Shown here: positions 14,115 through 27,377 of the stretch, piece by piece
Numbering within the stretch: position 1 is the first letter of the stretch
How the letters are laid out: every line of letters starts with the position of its first letter
Source: Octopus sinensis
Lineage: Eukaryota
Direction: 5' to 3'
NCBI RefSeq assembly: GCF_006345805.1
Contig: NC_042997.1
Coordinates: forward strand, 22,320,001 to 22,384,000
Length of the DNA stretch: 64,000 bases
Translations under genes and position numbers: made by a program
Notes under the pieces: model-generated
What the model was told of the DNA's origin: nothing
The model's input: only the letters and a program-made list of their open reading frames with translations
Database searches by the model: none

Positions 14115-14985
14115 ATGTTCTGCAACATGAGGACCAAAGACTTGAAGTGTTTCATGTTGCAAGACAGTGTGTGAGAGACAATCGTGATGTCATAGGAGAG
14201 AAATGTGTCCGCATGGATGATAGCTCACTTGCATTTAATGAGACTGCAAAGAAAGAGACTTGGAGACGTTACTATGAATGGTTGAGAAATGAAGAGGATG
14301 AATGAAGGAAAGAGAGTCTGCCGAATGTCAACCCAGCAGAGGGACCAGCTATCCGAATTGACAGTACCTTGGTAGATAAAGCAATTAATGATATAAAGAC
14401 AGGGAAAAACCCCTCCCCAGCCCATCAGGAATCACCGCAGAGATGCTTAAAATATCTGGCAGTGTCGGCTATAGTCTAGTCACCTATATTGTCAATCAGG
14501 TGAACCATGACGGAGTCATGCCCAATGACTGGTATAACAGCACCATAGTCAACTGCTATGAAGGTAAAGGTGATGCATTAGATGCAAACAATTACAGAGG
14601 TATCAAGTTGTTGGATCAGGTAATGAAAGTCACAGAGAGGGTCATAGCCCAACTAATTAGGGGGAGAGTCAGTCTAGACGAGATGCACTACTGATGCTAT
14701 ATTTCTGGTAAGACAGCTGCAGGAGAAACACCTAGCCAAAGATAAACCTCTGTACCTGACTTTCATTGACATGGAGAAAGCCTCTCACATTGTCCCCTGA
14801 TCCCTTATCTGGTGATCAGTGCAGAATCTAGGGATAGATGAGTGGTTAGTGAGAGCTGTACAAGCCATGTACAGGGATGCTGTCAGTAAGGTGAGGGCTG
14901 CAACAAGTACAGTGAATAATTCCGGGTTGGAGTAGGTGTCCACTAAGGATCAGTCCTCAGCCTCCTCTTATACATCATATATATA
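14115..14985 (+). mobile_element. RTE-clade LINE RT fragment
   Basis: KGDALDANNYRGIKLLDQVMKVTERV, KDKPLYLTFIDMEKA, GVHxGSVLS motifs; frameshifted. Confidence 0.8.
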
Positions 14986-15541
14986 TGTATGAGAAGTATT
15001 GGTGTCAAGAAGACTCAAAGGTGTCAGATAATGCTGAGTACATGCTATGGACAGACCATAGTTAAGCCCAGGTTCAATAATGATACAAATGAGGAGTATA
15101 ACATAGGTCGTGTATTAGCATGCATATATATATAAAAAATTAACAGACTGAGATAAAAAAAACCCAAGGCTGTGAATATTTTTCAGAACAACTATTCACA
15201 ACCTTGGATTTTTATAGTAAATCCTAAAAAAGAAGAACAACAAACATAAAAAAAAACACAAGGGGACATGGTACATGTAAAGTATTAGCAGACGCTCAAG
15301 GAAGGAAAGAAAGATGGCTTAACGTTTTGAGCAACTTCTCTTCTTTGGAAACAGAGGAAAGTCCAATAGAAAGGAAGACGCAGGAAGAAAATCACCAACG
15401 ATTCACGTGGTTACATTTTGAAATATATATATATATATGTATGTATGTGTATATGTACATATGTGTGTGTATATATATATATATATACATTTGTGTGTAT
15501 ATATATTTGTATGTATGTATGTATGTATGTATATATATATA

Positions 15542-15576
<35 letters not shown>

Positions 15577-16900
15577 ATTACATTAGAAGTCTAGGTTTAA
15601 AAAGTACAAATACATGTATTGAAAATCTCAGCCATTTCTTTTTAATTGTTTAGTTTAGTGTGCTACCAGCTACACTGAGGTCATAGAATTTGACCTGTGA
15701 TGGAAGAAATACAGAAGTCAGAGAAGAAAGAGATATTCATGGAATGTATGTCATTGATTCAATAAAAGAACTGTGAATGAATGTTTTGATAAATGAGCAA
15801 CTAAAGATTATGAATTAATCATAAACAACAACAAAAAATTAATTTGAATAGGAATATTATACAAATAAATTAGTTATTAGGGACAACACCAGTGTTTGTA
15901 ATGAATAATAATAGGCATATCCAAATATGCTAATTATTATAGAAATAGATGCCAATGAATGAAATGTTTGATAACCAAATACGGAAATGCATCTACAAAC
16001 CTATTTAAGCTTGAGCCAATGAAGTTTCCTCTAGATCATTGTTCTACCCAATAGAATTAGCAGCCAAATCTACCTCAACCCTCATGAATTCAATGTACCT
16101 AAAACTGCTCCTGGTTTTATGACACAAACTTCCTGTTTTAAAATTGATGAGTTAAATCCTTCTCTTTTACTTGTTTCAGTCATTTGACTGTGGCCATGCT
16201 GGAGCACCACCTTTAGTCGAGGAAATCGACCCCAGGACTTATTCTTTGTAACCCTAGTACTCATTCTATCGGTCTCTTTTGCCGAACTGCTAATGTTACG
16301 GGGACGTAAACATGCCAGCATCGGTTGTCAAGCAATGTTGGGGTACAAACACAAACACACAAACATACACACACACACACACATATATATATACATATAC
16401 ACAACCGGCTTCTTTCAGTTTCCAAGCTGTCACACGATGGGACTGAACCAGGAACCATGTGGTTGGTAAGCAAGCTATATACCACACAGCCACTCCTGCG
16501 CCTTCTAAAATTTCATGCTTTATGTTTTAACAGCTTAATTATGACAACGTTATTTTAGTAAATTTTTCATTATTTAAAAGAATTATTGAAACAAAGACAG
16601 TGTATTTTAACAGAATATGGTAACAAAAAGATTAAATGTTACTCTACATGCATATTTTTAAACAAAATTGGATAACAGAGTTCTAAGCGCACTTGTCCCT
16701 TGTGGAAATATAAATAGTCATGGCTAGAATTACTTTGATCTATTTGATCAATGCTGACCTAAGGCTAAATAATAGCAACCAACTTCGATTTTACCAGAAC
16801 TGTGAAAAGAGCTCTCAACAATTGTAGCGATTTATTTCAAATGAGCTGACAGTTATTTTACTTCTACTGAATTTTTAATAGAGTAAAATTTTTTCTCTAG

Positions 16901-17197
16901 TGGAGGCGCAATGGCCCAGTGGTTAGGGCAGCAGACTTGTGGTCGGAGGATCGCGGTTTCAATTCCCAGACCGGGAATTGTGTGTGTTTATTGAGCGAAA
17001 ACACCTAAAAGCTCCACAAGGCTCCGGCAGGGAGTGGTGGCGACCCCTGTTGTACACTTTCACCACAATTACTCTCTCTTCCTGTTTCTTGAGTAATGCT
17101 GTGATGGACTGGCGTCCCGTCCAGCTGGGGGGAACACATATGCCACAGAAACCAGGAAACCGAGCCCATGAGCCTGGTTAGGATTGAAAAGGGCGAT
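16901..17197 (+). mobile_element. tRNA-headed SINE family D
   Basis: A box TGGCCCAGTGG and B-box-like GGTTTCAATTCC; internal GATGGACTGGCGTCCCGTCCAG resembles a V-SINE-type conserved segment (from memory, unverified). Confidence 0.7.
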
Positions 17198-17831
17198 GAA
17201 AATTTTTACATGACTTTAAAAACATGAGTAAAAGTATAATTTTAAGTTGCAAAGGAATATCAATACTAAAGACCTTTATAAATATATTGGACAAATGCAG
17301 ACAGTAGGATAGCTGAACAATCATGAGACAAAATTAAGAGCTTAAAAGATAGTTCATCTCCAGCATTATTTACTCTTTTGTTCCCTTATTTCTATTGAAT
17401 TACACTAACTTACTTGATATTTATCTGGTAATTGAAACATAAAATTAACATGAAATTTTGATGAAAGGTTTCGTTTTATCTCACATCAAAAAAGAAAGTT
17501 TGTGTCTTAGAGCCAAGAGTAGTCTCAGGCAGGTTGGTATCAAAAGGGTTAAGAAAAGCTTCCAATAAAGGAGACTAATTAATTATAGGATAAAGAAAGT
17601 ACTTAGCTGAAGACCTGTGATGGAAATTGAGTGAGCAACTGTTAAACTGGAAACTAATCTTCTGACATCAATAAAGAACTTGCTTGGCAATGGTTTCCAA
17701 AAGTCATTAAGATAAATTCAACCTTGGCAGGATAATGCAAAAGTGCATGAAAGATTATCAATATTAGCGATATTATGATAACAATTATAGCTTTTTATAT
17801 CTTTGTACTTGTTATCTTTAACTATATTTAG

Positions 17832-17889
17832 ATATAACATCGGTCTTCTTTTTTGCTGCCTGTGTTGAAGGTCCTTTATTAAGGGATAA
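17832..17889 (+). CDS. kcc: KCC coding exon 2 in window
   Basis: (Y)ITSVFFFAACVEGPLLRD(K), matching KCC ...GACIEGxxLRDK; atttag| acceptor, |gtaagt donor; phase 1-2, 58 nt. Too short for the ORF track. Confidence 0.93.
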
Positions 17890-18499
17890 GTAAGTATCAA
17901 ATATTTCTATTTTAATCATATATATTTTCTTGATTCTCTTCTTTTCCTTTAAAGATTTCTAATGTTTTATTAAGAATTGTTTCTAATTTTTTTTTTGGGG
18001 GGGGGGGGATAAATTTGTTCAGCAAAACTGATAACATTTACATATTAGTTACAAGACTCTTTAAGTATTTCCAAAGAATATTCTCGTATTTTTATGAATG
18101 AATTGATTTCTAAGATTTTCAGCATAAAGTGATAAGCAGCAATTTAAGACGGAAAGGAATTCTAATAAATTGATTAAGAATGTTTGTTAGTTTATAAAAT
18201 ACATAATATCTGCTAACTAGAAATTTTGATGTAAAATATGAGATTAGTATAACTAGTATGATGCCAAATTGTTAAGCCTGAAACTCTTCAGAAAAAAAAT
18301 TAAACAACTGCAGTTGTAATCAACTGATGGCTGTGGATGATTTGGAGGTGTATTGAGATCTATAGAGTAAGTTACCAACAAGCAAAAGTGCAACCCAGTT
18401 GGTGACCACATCACTTCAATTACATTTCTTATGTTTATTTTTTTTTTATGGCATGGATACAGTTCTCCTCTTATAGTTTTTGTTTATATGTAAGACATT

Positions 18500-18920
18500 A
18501 GTTACTTAAAATTAGATTTTACTTTTGTTAGTCAGTTAGTAAAGGAGAGACATAGCCCAAGACATTTTCAAGTTCTTCCAGATGTGGTTGGTGTTTAGTT
18601 TGAAGATCTACAGATTGATACATGTTGAAAAAGAAACTGTTCAGGAAAAGATTGCCAGAGAAAGGCATTGAGGAAATTTGGATAAGTTTGGGATGGAGGA
18701 TATGTGATGCAGTAGCAAAGATGGCAAACTGACCGGTGCGATGATGGGTGTATACACAGATCTTTATAAATAGATAACAAATGGGTTTGTGTGAAGATTA
18801 TTAATTGATATTAGCAGATGTTGCCATAGCAGCAATAAAAGAGACAGAGCAGTGTATCTTTGGAGTAGTGGTTGGTGAGTGAGACTTTACCAATCATCTG
18901 CATAGCTTTCTTTTTTATAT
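18500..18920 (-). mobile_element. Degraded LINE ORF2 C-terminus (CR1/L2 group)
   Basis: Minus-strand fragments KKAMQMIGKVSLTNH and LCLFYCCYGN resemble the C-terminus of CR1/Crack-type ORF2. Confidence 0.5.
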
Positions 18921-19276
18921 GACTTGGATGTATGTGTGTGTGTATGTATGCAGCTACAGCACCTACCAGAAAAAAACAGTTATGTGAATGTATAATTTTA
19001 TTCAATAACTATGTTGTTGCTCTTCACTACGTGTACCCTTCACTCTTTCTCATAGCTTGATGAGTTCACATTAGCAAGAAACTCTGAGTAGTGACAGAAT
19101 AGACATTAGCTTCAAGCAAATTAATAAACTCTACTACATATATTGAGTGTTCATCCTTATATATATATAAGCACAGACATAGAGTTTACTGTTTCGTTAA
19201 GGTAAGATCAGCAAGAAAAGTATTCCATCCAGTGGGAGATAAATATCATTTAATGTACACAGTATAAAAACACTAG

Positions 19277-19464
19277 CTACTAATATTTTTTTTTGCACTG
19301 GAGAAATGGGTCTAGGTAGGTTTTAATAACATGCTTTGTGCCTCCAAGAGACACAAGGCATATCATAAAAACTGGCTTAAAGAGCCTGAAGATTGCTTGG
19401 AAATATAAAGTATATTATAAAAACCTGCCTAGACCCATAGCTCCTATGCAAAAAATATTAGCAG
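19277..19464. mobile_element. MITE-like element with imperfect TIRs of about 50 bp
   Basis: Left CTACTAATATTTTTTTTTGCACTGGAGAAATGGGTCTAGGTAGG versus the reverse complement of right CCTGCCTAGACCCATAGCTCCTATGCAAAAAATATTAGCAG. Confidence 0.6.
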
Positions 19465-20404
19465 TTCATATCTTGATACTGTGCACATTAAATGATATAT
19501 ATACACACATACAATAGATAAGAATACATAGAAAAGCGTACAATAGATATGGACAGATTACTGCTCAAACCAGATTGAAAGTCTCAGAGCCAACATCAAA
19601 TCATGGGTGACATAAATCCAGGTAAACAAGATGTGATTGTAGGAAACAAACCAGTGGAGCTAATGAAAATAAAGATAGAGTATAAGATGGTATCAAAGCA
19701 TTTATAAATAAGTTATACAAATATACATATAAATGTATTTTAGCCTATAGCGGGAAGATAGTCCATAGTAGTCATAGTCTTTCATAAATAGATAAATATC
19801 CAGAGATTTCATGTGCAAAAATCATTGAGAAGAAAGAAGAAATTTCAAGGTCATACTTTACAGCTGTTTCAGGGACTCGATCATAGATTCATGCAGTACT
19901 GTGCATTATGCATACATACATACATACATGTGTGTGTGTGAAGTCATTGTCGTGGTCGATGCCAGTGCCGCCTGACTGGTTCCGTGCCAGTGACACATAA
20001 AAAGCATCATTTGATTGTGATCATTGCCAGTGCTGCCTGACTGGTTCCTTTGCCGATGGTAAGTCAAAAGCACCATTCAAGCATGATCGATGCCAGTACT
20101 ACCTGACTAGCCCTCATGCTGGTGGCACATAAAAAGCACCCACTACACTCTCAGAGTGGTTGGCATTAGGAAGGGCAAAGAAACTTTGCCAGATCAGATT
20201 GAGCCTGATGCAGCCTTCTGGCTTGCCAGCTTTCACTCAAACTGTCCAACCCATGCCAGCATGGAAAGCAGACATTAAACAGTGATTATGAGGATGATGA
20301 TGATGTACTAAATTGTGTTATGCCATATTTGGATATATGATGTTATAACTTAAATTGTGTTACCCTATAATTATTTGTTAACACAAGCATAGTACATATA
20401 TACA

Positions 20405-20451
<47 letters not shown>

Positions 20452-20718
20452 TATTTATTTATATGCACAATGCACATTACTGCATCTATCTGTTACCAAT
20501 CCCTGAAATAGCTGTAAATATTACTTTGATTTTTCTCTTCACTGATTTATGTATATGAAATTTTTGGATGTCTATTATTTATGAACTATCTTCTTCCTTT
20601 TTGCTTTATTATTTTTATATGCATATGTGTATCACTTATTTATAAATGTTGTGATACTGCAAATAACTTCTTTATTTATCCTTATATGTATGTATGTATG
20701 TATATATAGATAGATAAG

Positions 20719-20757
<39 letters not shown>

Positions 20758-20818
20758 GTAGATAGATGTGCTAGATAGATACAATAACTAATGAATAACA
20801 TTTCTTTTCATATATATG

Positions 20819-20849
<31 letters not shown>

Positions 20850-21056
20850 GTATATATATACATATTCTTTACAATTTAGATTTAGCAGAAAGTTATATTT
20901 TTAGACAAACACAGTTCATAGATAACACTTTTCAGACTATTTCTATTCATTCTGCTGATTCAATATTCAAATGTTTAATAATTTTTTAAGGATGGCATGG
21001 TGATGATAATATATGCGGATGAAAACAAATAATACTTTCTTCCATTATTTTAATAG

Positions 21057-21175
21057 ATTTGGTGAAAGTATAAATGGTGGCCTTGTGGTAGCTAATCTAG
21101 CCTGGCCCAATGAATGGGTTATTCTTATTGGCTCCTTCTTATCAACTCTTGGTGCTGGATTGCAGAGTTTAACAG
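21057..21175 (+). CDS. kcc: KCC coding exon 3 in window, TM8
   Basis: (K)[39 protein letters not shown](G); taatag| and |gtttga; phase 2-1, 119 nt. Confidence 0.97.
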
Positions 21176-21559
21176 GTTTGATATTGTTCATCAACATCAT
21201 CATCATCATAATCTATCATCATCATTATCATCATCAACATTGCATATCAACAGCATCTTTTATCTCCATTTCGCCTTGGGTTAAATGGGTCTTCTTGCTT
21301 GATTGGCTCTCTTTGAAACAAGCCAGTGAGGGAGCCTCTATGTAGTTGGTGACGTGCTAAGAATTGCAGCCAAATCTCCTTCAAAATTATATTCTACTAT
21401 TTAAGAAAACAAATGATTGAATAATGTCATTCTAGATACTCTACGACAGAAAGAAAAGTGAGGGTGGTTATGTTTGGGATACCTTTCATTGATCATTAAT
21501 CTATACAATTAGGGGTGACGTGGGGCTTAACAATATCTCTCTCCAACTTGTCATATCTC

Positions 21560-21930
21560 AGTTCTTGTGATTTATGAACATACCATCACAGACAAACCCT
21601 CTTTATCTGTTTTTACTAACTTCATTGGCTCTAAGTTAATCAGCTACAGAGTATACATGTGCAGTATGGGCTCGATCTTCAAATGCATTTCTGGACCCTG
21701 TTCTCAAGTGAGTAATTCCACTATATTAGACTGGTTGTCCCAGGCCTACTAACATTAATGTTTTTTATAAGGTGGTTTGCATTGCTCCACCTACAATCAG
21801 GAGAGATGTTGCTAGCAAAGCTGAAAAACAAGATTAGATGTTTGATGAAAGATATTTATAACACGGATATCAACAAATATGAAGAAGGTTAAATAGAGGA
21901 AGAAAATATTTTCATAATATCCACAGTTTT
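21560..21930 (+). mobile_element. Vingi/Ingi-like LINE remnant
   Basis: Translates SATEYTCAVWARSS...TGCPRPTNINVFYKVVCIAPPTIRR, matching the EYxxPVW / TGCLRPT / GIxPxxxRR pattern; stops present. Confidence 0.55.
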
Positions 21931-22795
21931 TCTCCGTTTCCAAAGAATTTACCTGCATACATTTGAGGAAAGAAAAACTGGTAAATTTTCTACCAGTGCC
22001 ATATGTAGAAAGTTTGCTAAAATGATCCACAGAACAATTGAAAATATCATAAATGATTCCACATTTCATTTCGGATTCCATACACACCAAAGTAAATGGG
22101 GACATATGTGGAATCTTTCTTCTGTGACTGTGAAACTGTCCAAACTATGAGTTACAAGCTGGTTTTCCCATTAGTGAATTACCCTTGTTGTTTAGCTGAT
22201 TTGAGAAATAACACAAAAAATTGCATGAAAAAAGGTGACAAAATTTGATCTCAACAGGAAATAATAATCATCTACCTCTGCTCCAGTTGCCATTTATCAT
22301 TGACCATTTATCACTTAAATTCACATTTTCTACCATTAACACTAACCATTGTCCTTACCAGTTTTCTTTACACAACCCTTTGCCTGTGTATTGTGCACAG
22401 TTCAGAGCAACGCCACAACACCAGACTGGTATGGACATGCACTTTGTAAAATATTAATCACACTATGTTTGCAGTATGTTTAATAATTCTTTATGTTCAT
22501 ATGCTAACATCCCTCTAGCTTTGTAGATCACACTGTAATTCTTTCTCTCTCTATGTCTCCCCCAATTTGCTTTGTAGGTGTTGTTTCTCTCTCTCTCTCT
22601 CTCGTTTTGTAGACATTATTTCTCTTTTTCTTCTCTTCCTTTCTAGTTTTGTAGTAACCACCCACTTTTTCTGGCTTTGTGAACAGCTATCACTCCCTAT
22701 ATTACTTTTTCAACAACTCTCTCTCTCTCTCTCCCCCTCTTTCTCTTTTCCTCTCTCTTTTAGGCTTTGTAGGTGGCTGTATCTCTTTATTGTTA

Positions 22796-22826
<31 letters not shown>

Positions 22827-22967
22827 ACTTTGCAGATAGCTCTACATTTCCCTGTCTCTTGCTCAACATATCTTTTTTTTCTTTCCCTCACCCTCTCTCT
22901 CATTGTTGACAGCTGTTTAATTAACGATTCTTCCTAAGGCTGAACTGTTTTAACTAATTTATCTAAT

Positions 22968-23017
<50 letters not shown>

Positions 23018-23122
23018 CATACATATTTTAAATATTTTGTAACTGAAATCCATTTTGCTTTTAAATTAAATTAAATATTATCTTCTCTTTTTTTATTTCC
23101 CCTTTTACACTCAATAATCCAG

Positions 23123-23297
23123 GAGCTCCTCGTGTCCTGCAAGCAATTGCAAAAGATAGTGTCATACCTCTTCTAGATATCTTCAGTGTGACCACAAAGA
23201 AAGGAGAGCCATTTCGAGCATTGCTGTTGACAGCTGCAATATCTGAAATTGGAATTATTATTGCCAGTCTTGACTATGTGGCACCCATCATTACAAT
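23123..23297 (+). CDS. kcc: KCC coding exon 4 in window, TM9
   Basis: (G)[57 protein letters not shown](M); tccag| and |gtaagt; phase 1-2, 175 nt. Confidence 0.97.
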
Positions 23298-23611
23298 GTA
23301 AGTAAGCTTTCAAATTAGCAAAAATGCCAATTTCTAACATTGGCACAAATAACTTTTCTTATCATTTTTTTTTCTTTTTTTTTTTAGGGTAGAGAGTGGA
23401 AGTATTAGTTAATTACTTTCTATATTTCAGATCGAATTCATTACCTTTGTTGCAAATAATTTTGAATTTAGCAAAATAACTTTGTCTTTTTTGGAACATA
23501 ATTTAAAATGAAATTTTAATAATAGACTGTAATTCAGCTTAGTTTAAAACAGGAAACTTGTAGCCTAGATTCAGGGCAGTTTCTGACTGTTGGTATTAAA
23601 AGGGGCAGATC

Positions 23612-23937
23612 AAATAATAATATATAATAATGAAATTATTGTATACAGTGCTCAGGTGCACCACAACTTGTCAAAAGTGCACATAAAGTATATGCAATAA
23701 TGTACAAATGTCTGGAAAGTGAACAGTGTATGAGCCAGATACATGCTTGCGTGTGTGTGGAGGGGAGAAAATCAAGTGTAGTGTTGGTGAATCTCAGGAA
23801 GCATGGAAGTTTTGAAGGATGCAGTGCTCTGACAACTAACAACTGATGCCAGCAGTTTGTTCCATGCTTCAGCAACTCCTGGCGTGAAAAAATGTTTCCG
23901 AAAGTCATGGGAGCTGTGCTGTTTTCTGACTTTGAAA
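23612..23937 (-). mobile_element. CR1-clade LINE 3' end, antisense copy
   Basis: Reverse complement aligns by eye with about 2893-3210, mostly single-base differences. Confidence 0.8.
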
Positions 23938-24217
23938 ATCTAGTTCTTTCTGATACTTTATTTTATTGACCATCGGAAACTCCATCCAGTTAACAAAGTT
24001 GGTCTTTGTTGTAAGTAAATACAAGATAATGATACTGTCCAAGGACTATAATTGTTTTGAATTACATTTCTCCTCTACTAATTAAAATGTAGTTTTATTC
24101 AAATTAAAATAAAATTCCTGATCATTTCTAAAAGTTTGTTTTATGAATTTGTTAAATTAATCAAAACAAGATTTGTTTGGCTGTTTTCAGTATGTTTTTA
24201 TATATTTTTTCTACAAG

Positions 24218-24316
24218 GTTCTTTTTGCTATGTTATGGATTTGTTAACATGGCCTGTGCCCTTCAAACCTTGCTACGAACACCAAACTGGCGACCACGTT
24301 TTAGATTTTATCATTG
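24218..24316 (+). CDS. kcc: KCC coding exon 5 in window, TM10
   Basis: (M)[32 protein letters not shown](W); ctacaag| and |gtaagt; phase 2-2, 99 nt. Confidence 0.97.
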
Positions 24317-26140
24317 GTAAGTTTTTAACATTCTTTTTTTCAATGTCCAAGAGAATAGTCTTTCTTAGATAATCATATTAAAAAATTAACAGATTTGTTA
24401 TCTATAATGCTAGGAAGCATAATAACTAAGAGCTCAACTCATAATTACATTGTTATATGCTTTTGAGTTGAAAATTTTGATATTATAGTATTCTTAAATA
24501 AATTACATTGCATTGTTTATTCATTTTCCTGATGACAAAAAATCTTTCATCTATTTGATGTGGAAGTGGTTGTCATTGGATGAATGTCTAGGGATATTGA
24601 ATGATAAGCTACAGCCATCACTTGCAATCAAAGATGACTCTGTATCAGCTGGCACCACATTTTTACTAATGGTTTAGATGTCCATGTAGTTGCAAGTGGA
24701 TACAAACACCTTCTCAACCCTCCAACACTTCACCCCAGCAGAACATCTTAGACAGTGGTTCTCAACTACTTTTTGCCTATGGACTCCTTTGAGCGTGATC
24801 GTTGCCAGAGCAGCCAACTGGCTTCCATGCCAGTGGCACATAGAAGGGCACTGTTCGAGCGTGATCATTACCAACGTTGCCTTACTGGCACCTGTGTCGG
24901 TGGCATGTGTAAAAAGATTCGAGCGAGATCATTACCAGTACCGCCTGACTGGCACGTAAAAAGCACCCACTACACTCCCGGAGTGGTTCGCGTTGTAGTA
25001 ACTCTGCCAGATCAAGATTGGAGCCTGGTGCAGCCATCCTGTTCGCCAGCCCTTAGTCAAAATCGTCCAACCCATGTTAGCATGGAAAGCGGACATTAAA
25101 CGATGATGATGATGATGAGCCCTCACAACCATTGAATGTTTATACTTTTGTGATTAAATATTATCAGGTATTGCATTAAAAAATGGTTATTTTGTGTATT
25201 AAAGAAATACAACCAATTCATTGCACATACATTTTAACAGCAAAATCTTATTTGGACCCTGGTTGAGAACAAATGATCTAGGATGTGAGAGCTGGAGGGA
25301 GAGAGGGCTATTTGAGCACTAGGCAGGTTGTTGGGTTAGTTCTCTGTTTATCAGCCCTTAAACGACGAAAGGCAAAACTGACATCAGCAAAATTTATGCA
25401 AATATACAAATATATAAAAATCTGCTCTCTTCATGATTGTGCAAATATATGGATATTAATAGTTAAAGGCTAAAATATTCAAATAAAAATTATATTAGCC
25501 TAATTTATGGTGATACTGATGGCTAAATGAACAGAGCTCTAATGTCTATGACAACCAGAAAAGTGGAAGTTGATTCATTCATATCTTATTAACAAGGTAT
25601 ATAACTCTGAATGGCTAATTTCAGCTAACTGTAGTAAGTTCAGCTTAACTGGTGTGTTTGAAAATTACAAAATGCTTCATTATACACCAAATTGTTTTAC
25701 ATTTATAAATTATCTGCATTGCCTGTGTTATATACTATTAAAATAGGAACATTGCCTCAGTGCAATTTAGGTATGTTACAAGTCTTTCAAATAGAATTGT
25801 TTCTTGAAATACTTGGTATATTGCAGACTAATTCCCTGCAACATAAAAAATATTCTAGTCTTTCAGGTGTGTGTCTCATGTATAGGTAAATACATAAAAG
25901 TGAAAAAAAAAACCCACTAAAACTTAAATAATTTCTTAAATAAAGGACAGCATTATGCGATGAATGTGCCACAGTTGCAACAAACAAAATACATTTAGAA
26001 AAAAAAATTAACAGAGATTTTAATTTATTTATTTTAAAATTCCTTTTTTACATATTTCTTTTTATTTGGAAAAGATATGATGACTTTATTTATACTGGTA
26101 AATATACTGGTAAATTATTAATGATTTCTTCTCTTTCTAG

Positions 26141-26260
26141 GACTCTTTCTTTACTTGGTCTTGGTCTTTGTATATCCCTTATGTTCATATCAAGCTGGTA
26201 TTATGCTTTGGCAGCCCTTTTCCTTGCATTATGTATTTACAAATACATTGAATATAAAGG
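26141..26260 (+). CDS. kcc: KCC coding exon 6 in window, TM11-12
   Basis: (W)[39 protein letters not shown](G); ttctag| and |gtaaga; phase 2-2, 120 nt. Confidence 0.96.
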
Positions 26261-26532
26261 GTAAGATTTTTCTGTTTTCTTTTCTAATAACATGTTTACT
26301 CATACTCTTGAAAAAGTAAATATTCATTGACCAAAATAATTTTTCATAATGCTGCTCTACAAAACCTACAAGATGTCTATACACATGGGTACTCTTTCAC
26401 ATGTTCTATACTTCATCAGTAACACAAATCATCCTGTTGCCGAACAATTCAAGCCTCTTCATTCATGAGTGAGATTCTGATCCTTAAAAACAAGAACCAG
26501 TTGGTTTAAGAACAGTCTTTGCCCAAGTTCTT

Positions 26533-26760
26533 CTTTCTTTATTGCCCACAAGGGGCTAAACATAGAGGGGACAAACAAGGACAGACAAAGGGACTAAGTT
26601 GATTACATCGACCCCAGTGCGTAACTGGTACTTAATTTATCGAGCCCGAAAGGATGAAAGGCAAAGTCGGCCTTGGCGGAATTTGAACTCTGAATGCAGC
26701 AGCAGACAAAGTACCACAAAGCATTTCACCCGGTGTGCTAACGTTTCTGCCAGCTCACCT
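26533..26760 (-). mobile_element. SINE family A (representative)
   Basis: GGTGAGCTGGCAGAAACGTTAGCA...GAGTTCAAATTCCGCC...; other copies at about 1160-1380(-), 2530-2845(-), 35628-35850(+), 46375-46603(-), 50968-51180(+) and 51215-51430(+). Confidence 0.85.
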
Positions 26761-27377
26761 TTGTCCAAGATCTGTACACATCTTGAACAGACAATTATCT
26801 AGAAAGCAGCTTCAATGTATTTAGTAAGCTCTGTCTTGTTGCTCCTTTTTTTTTATATCATTAAGTTTTATTAATTGTATTAATATCTGTATCTTACCTC
26901 TATCAAGTATGCATATAATATGCATGACATGCACAAGGCATGCATATGACAATAAAGACATCTTACTTTATGTAGTCTTTTCAATATATAACAGTGTGAT
27001 TTTTAATATAAGTTTATTGATTTTGCATCTCAAAGACTATCAAAAATTTTTATTGCATTTAAAATTATTATACAAGCTTGTGAAACAATGCATAGAATTT
27101 TCTCAACCATTCAGTTGTCCAGACAGGTCTGAGCGTATGCAAAAAGAGATATAAATAATTGACCTTTCAATAAATTTTATTCAATGAAATAATTTCCATT
27201 ATAATTAATGACCTTTGCCCATGTATCAGGTAATTTAAATATTTTACAAGCATAAAATTTGTCTGGTTTTAAAGAAAAAAGTTATCTTGATGCATTTTGA
27301 CTCTACCAAAATCATTTAATGTTAAGGAAGGATAGGAGAATATTAGATTTATAAGCCCTAAAATTCACTCCATAATT

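Larger units (their letters stand above)
3433..17831 (+). other. U12-type (minor) intron, GT-AG, 14399 nt
   Basis: 5' site GTATCCTT; branch-point-like TCTTTAAC at 17815-17822, about 10 nt from the AG; no polypyrimidine tract; the flanking exons join in frame (T|AT = Tyr). Confidence 0.88.

Noticed and set aside
16901-16975. tRNA gene
   Set aside because: A/B boxes are present but there is no complete cloverleaf, and it continues into a SINE body; the same holds for the other SINE heads.
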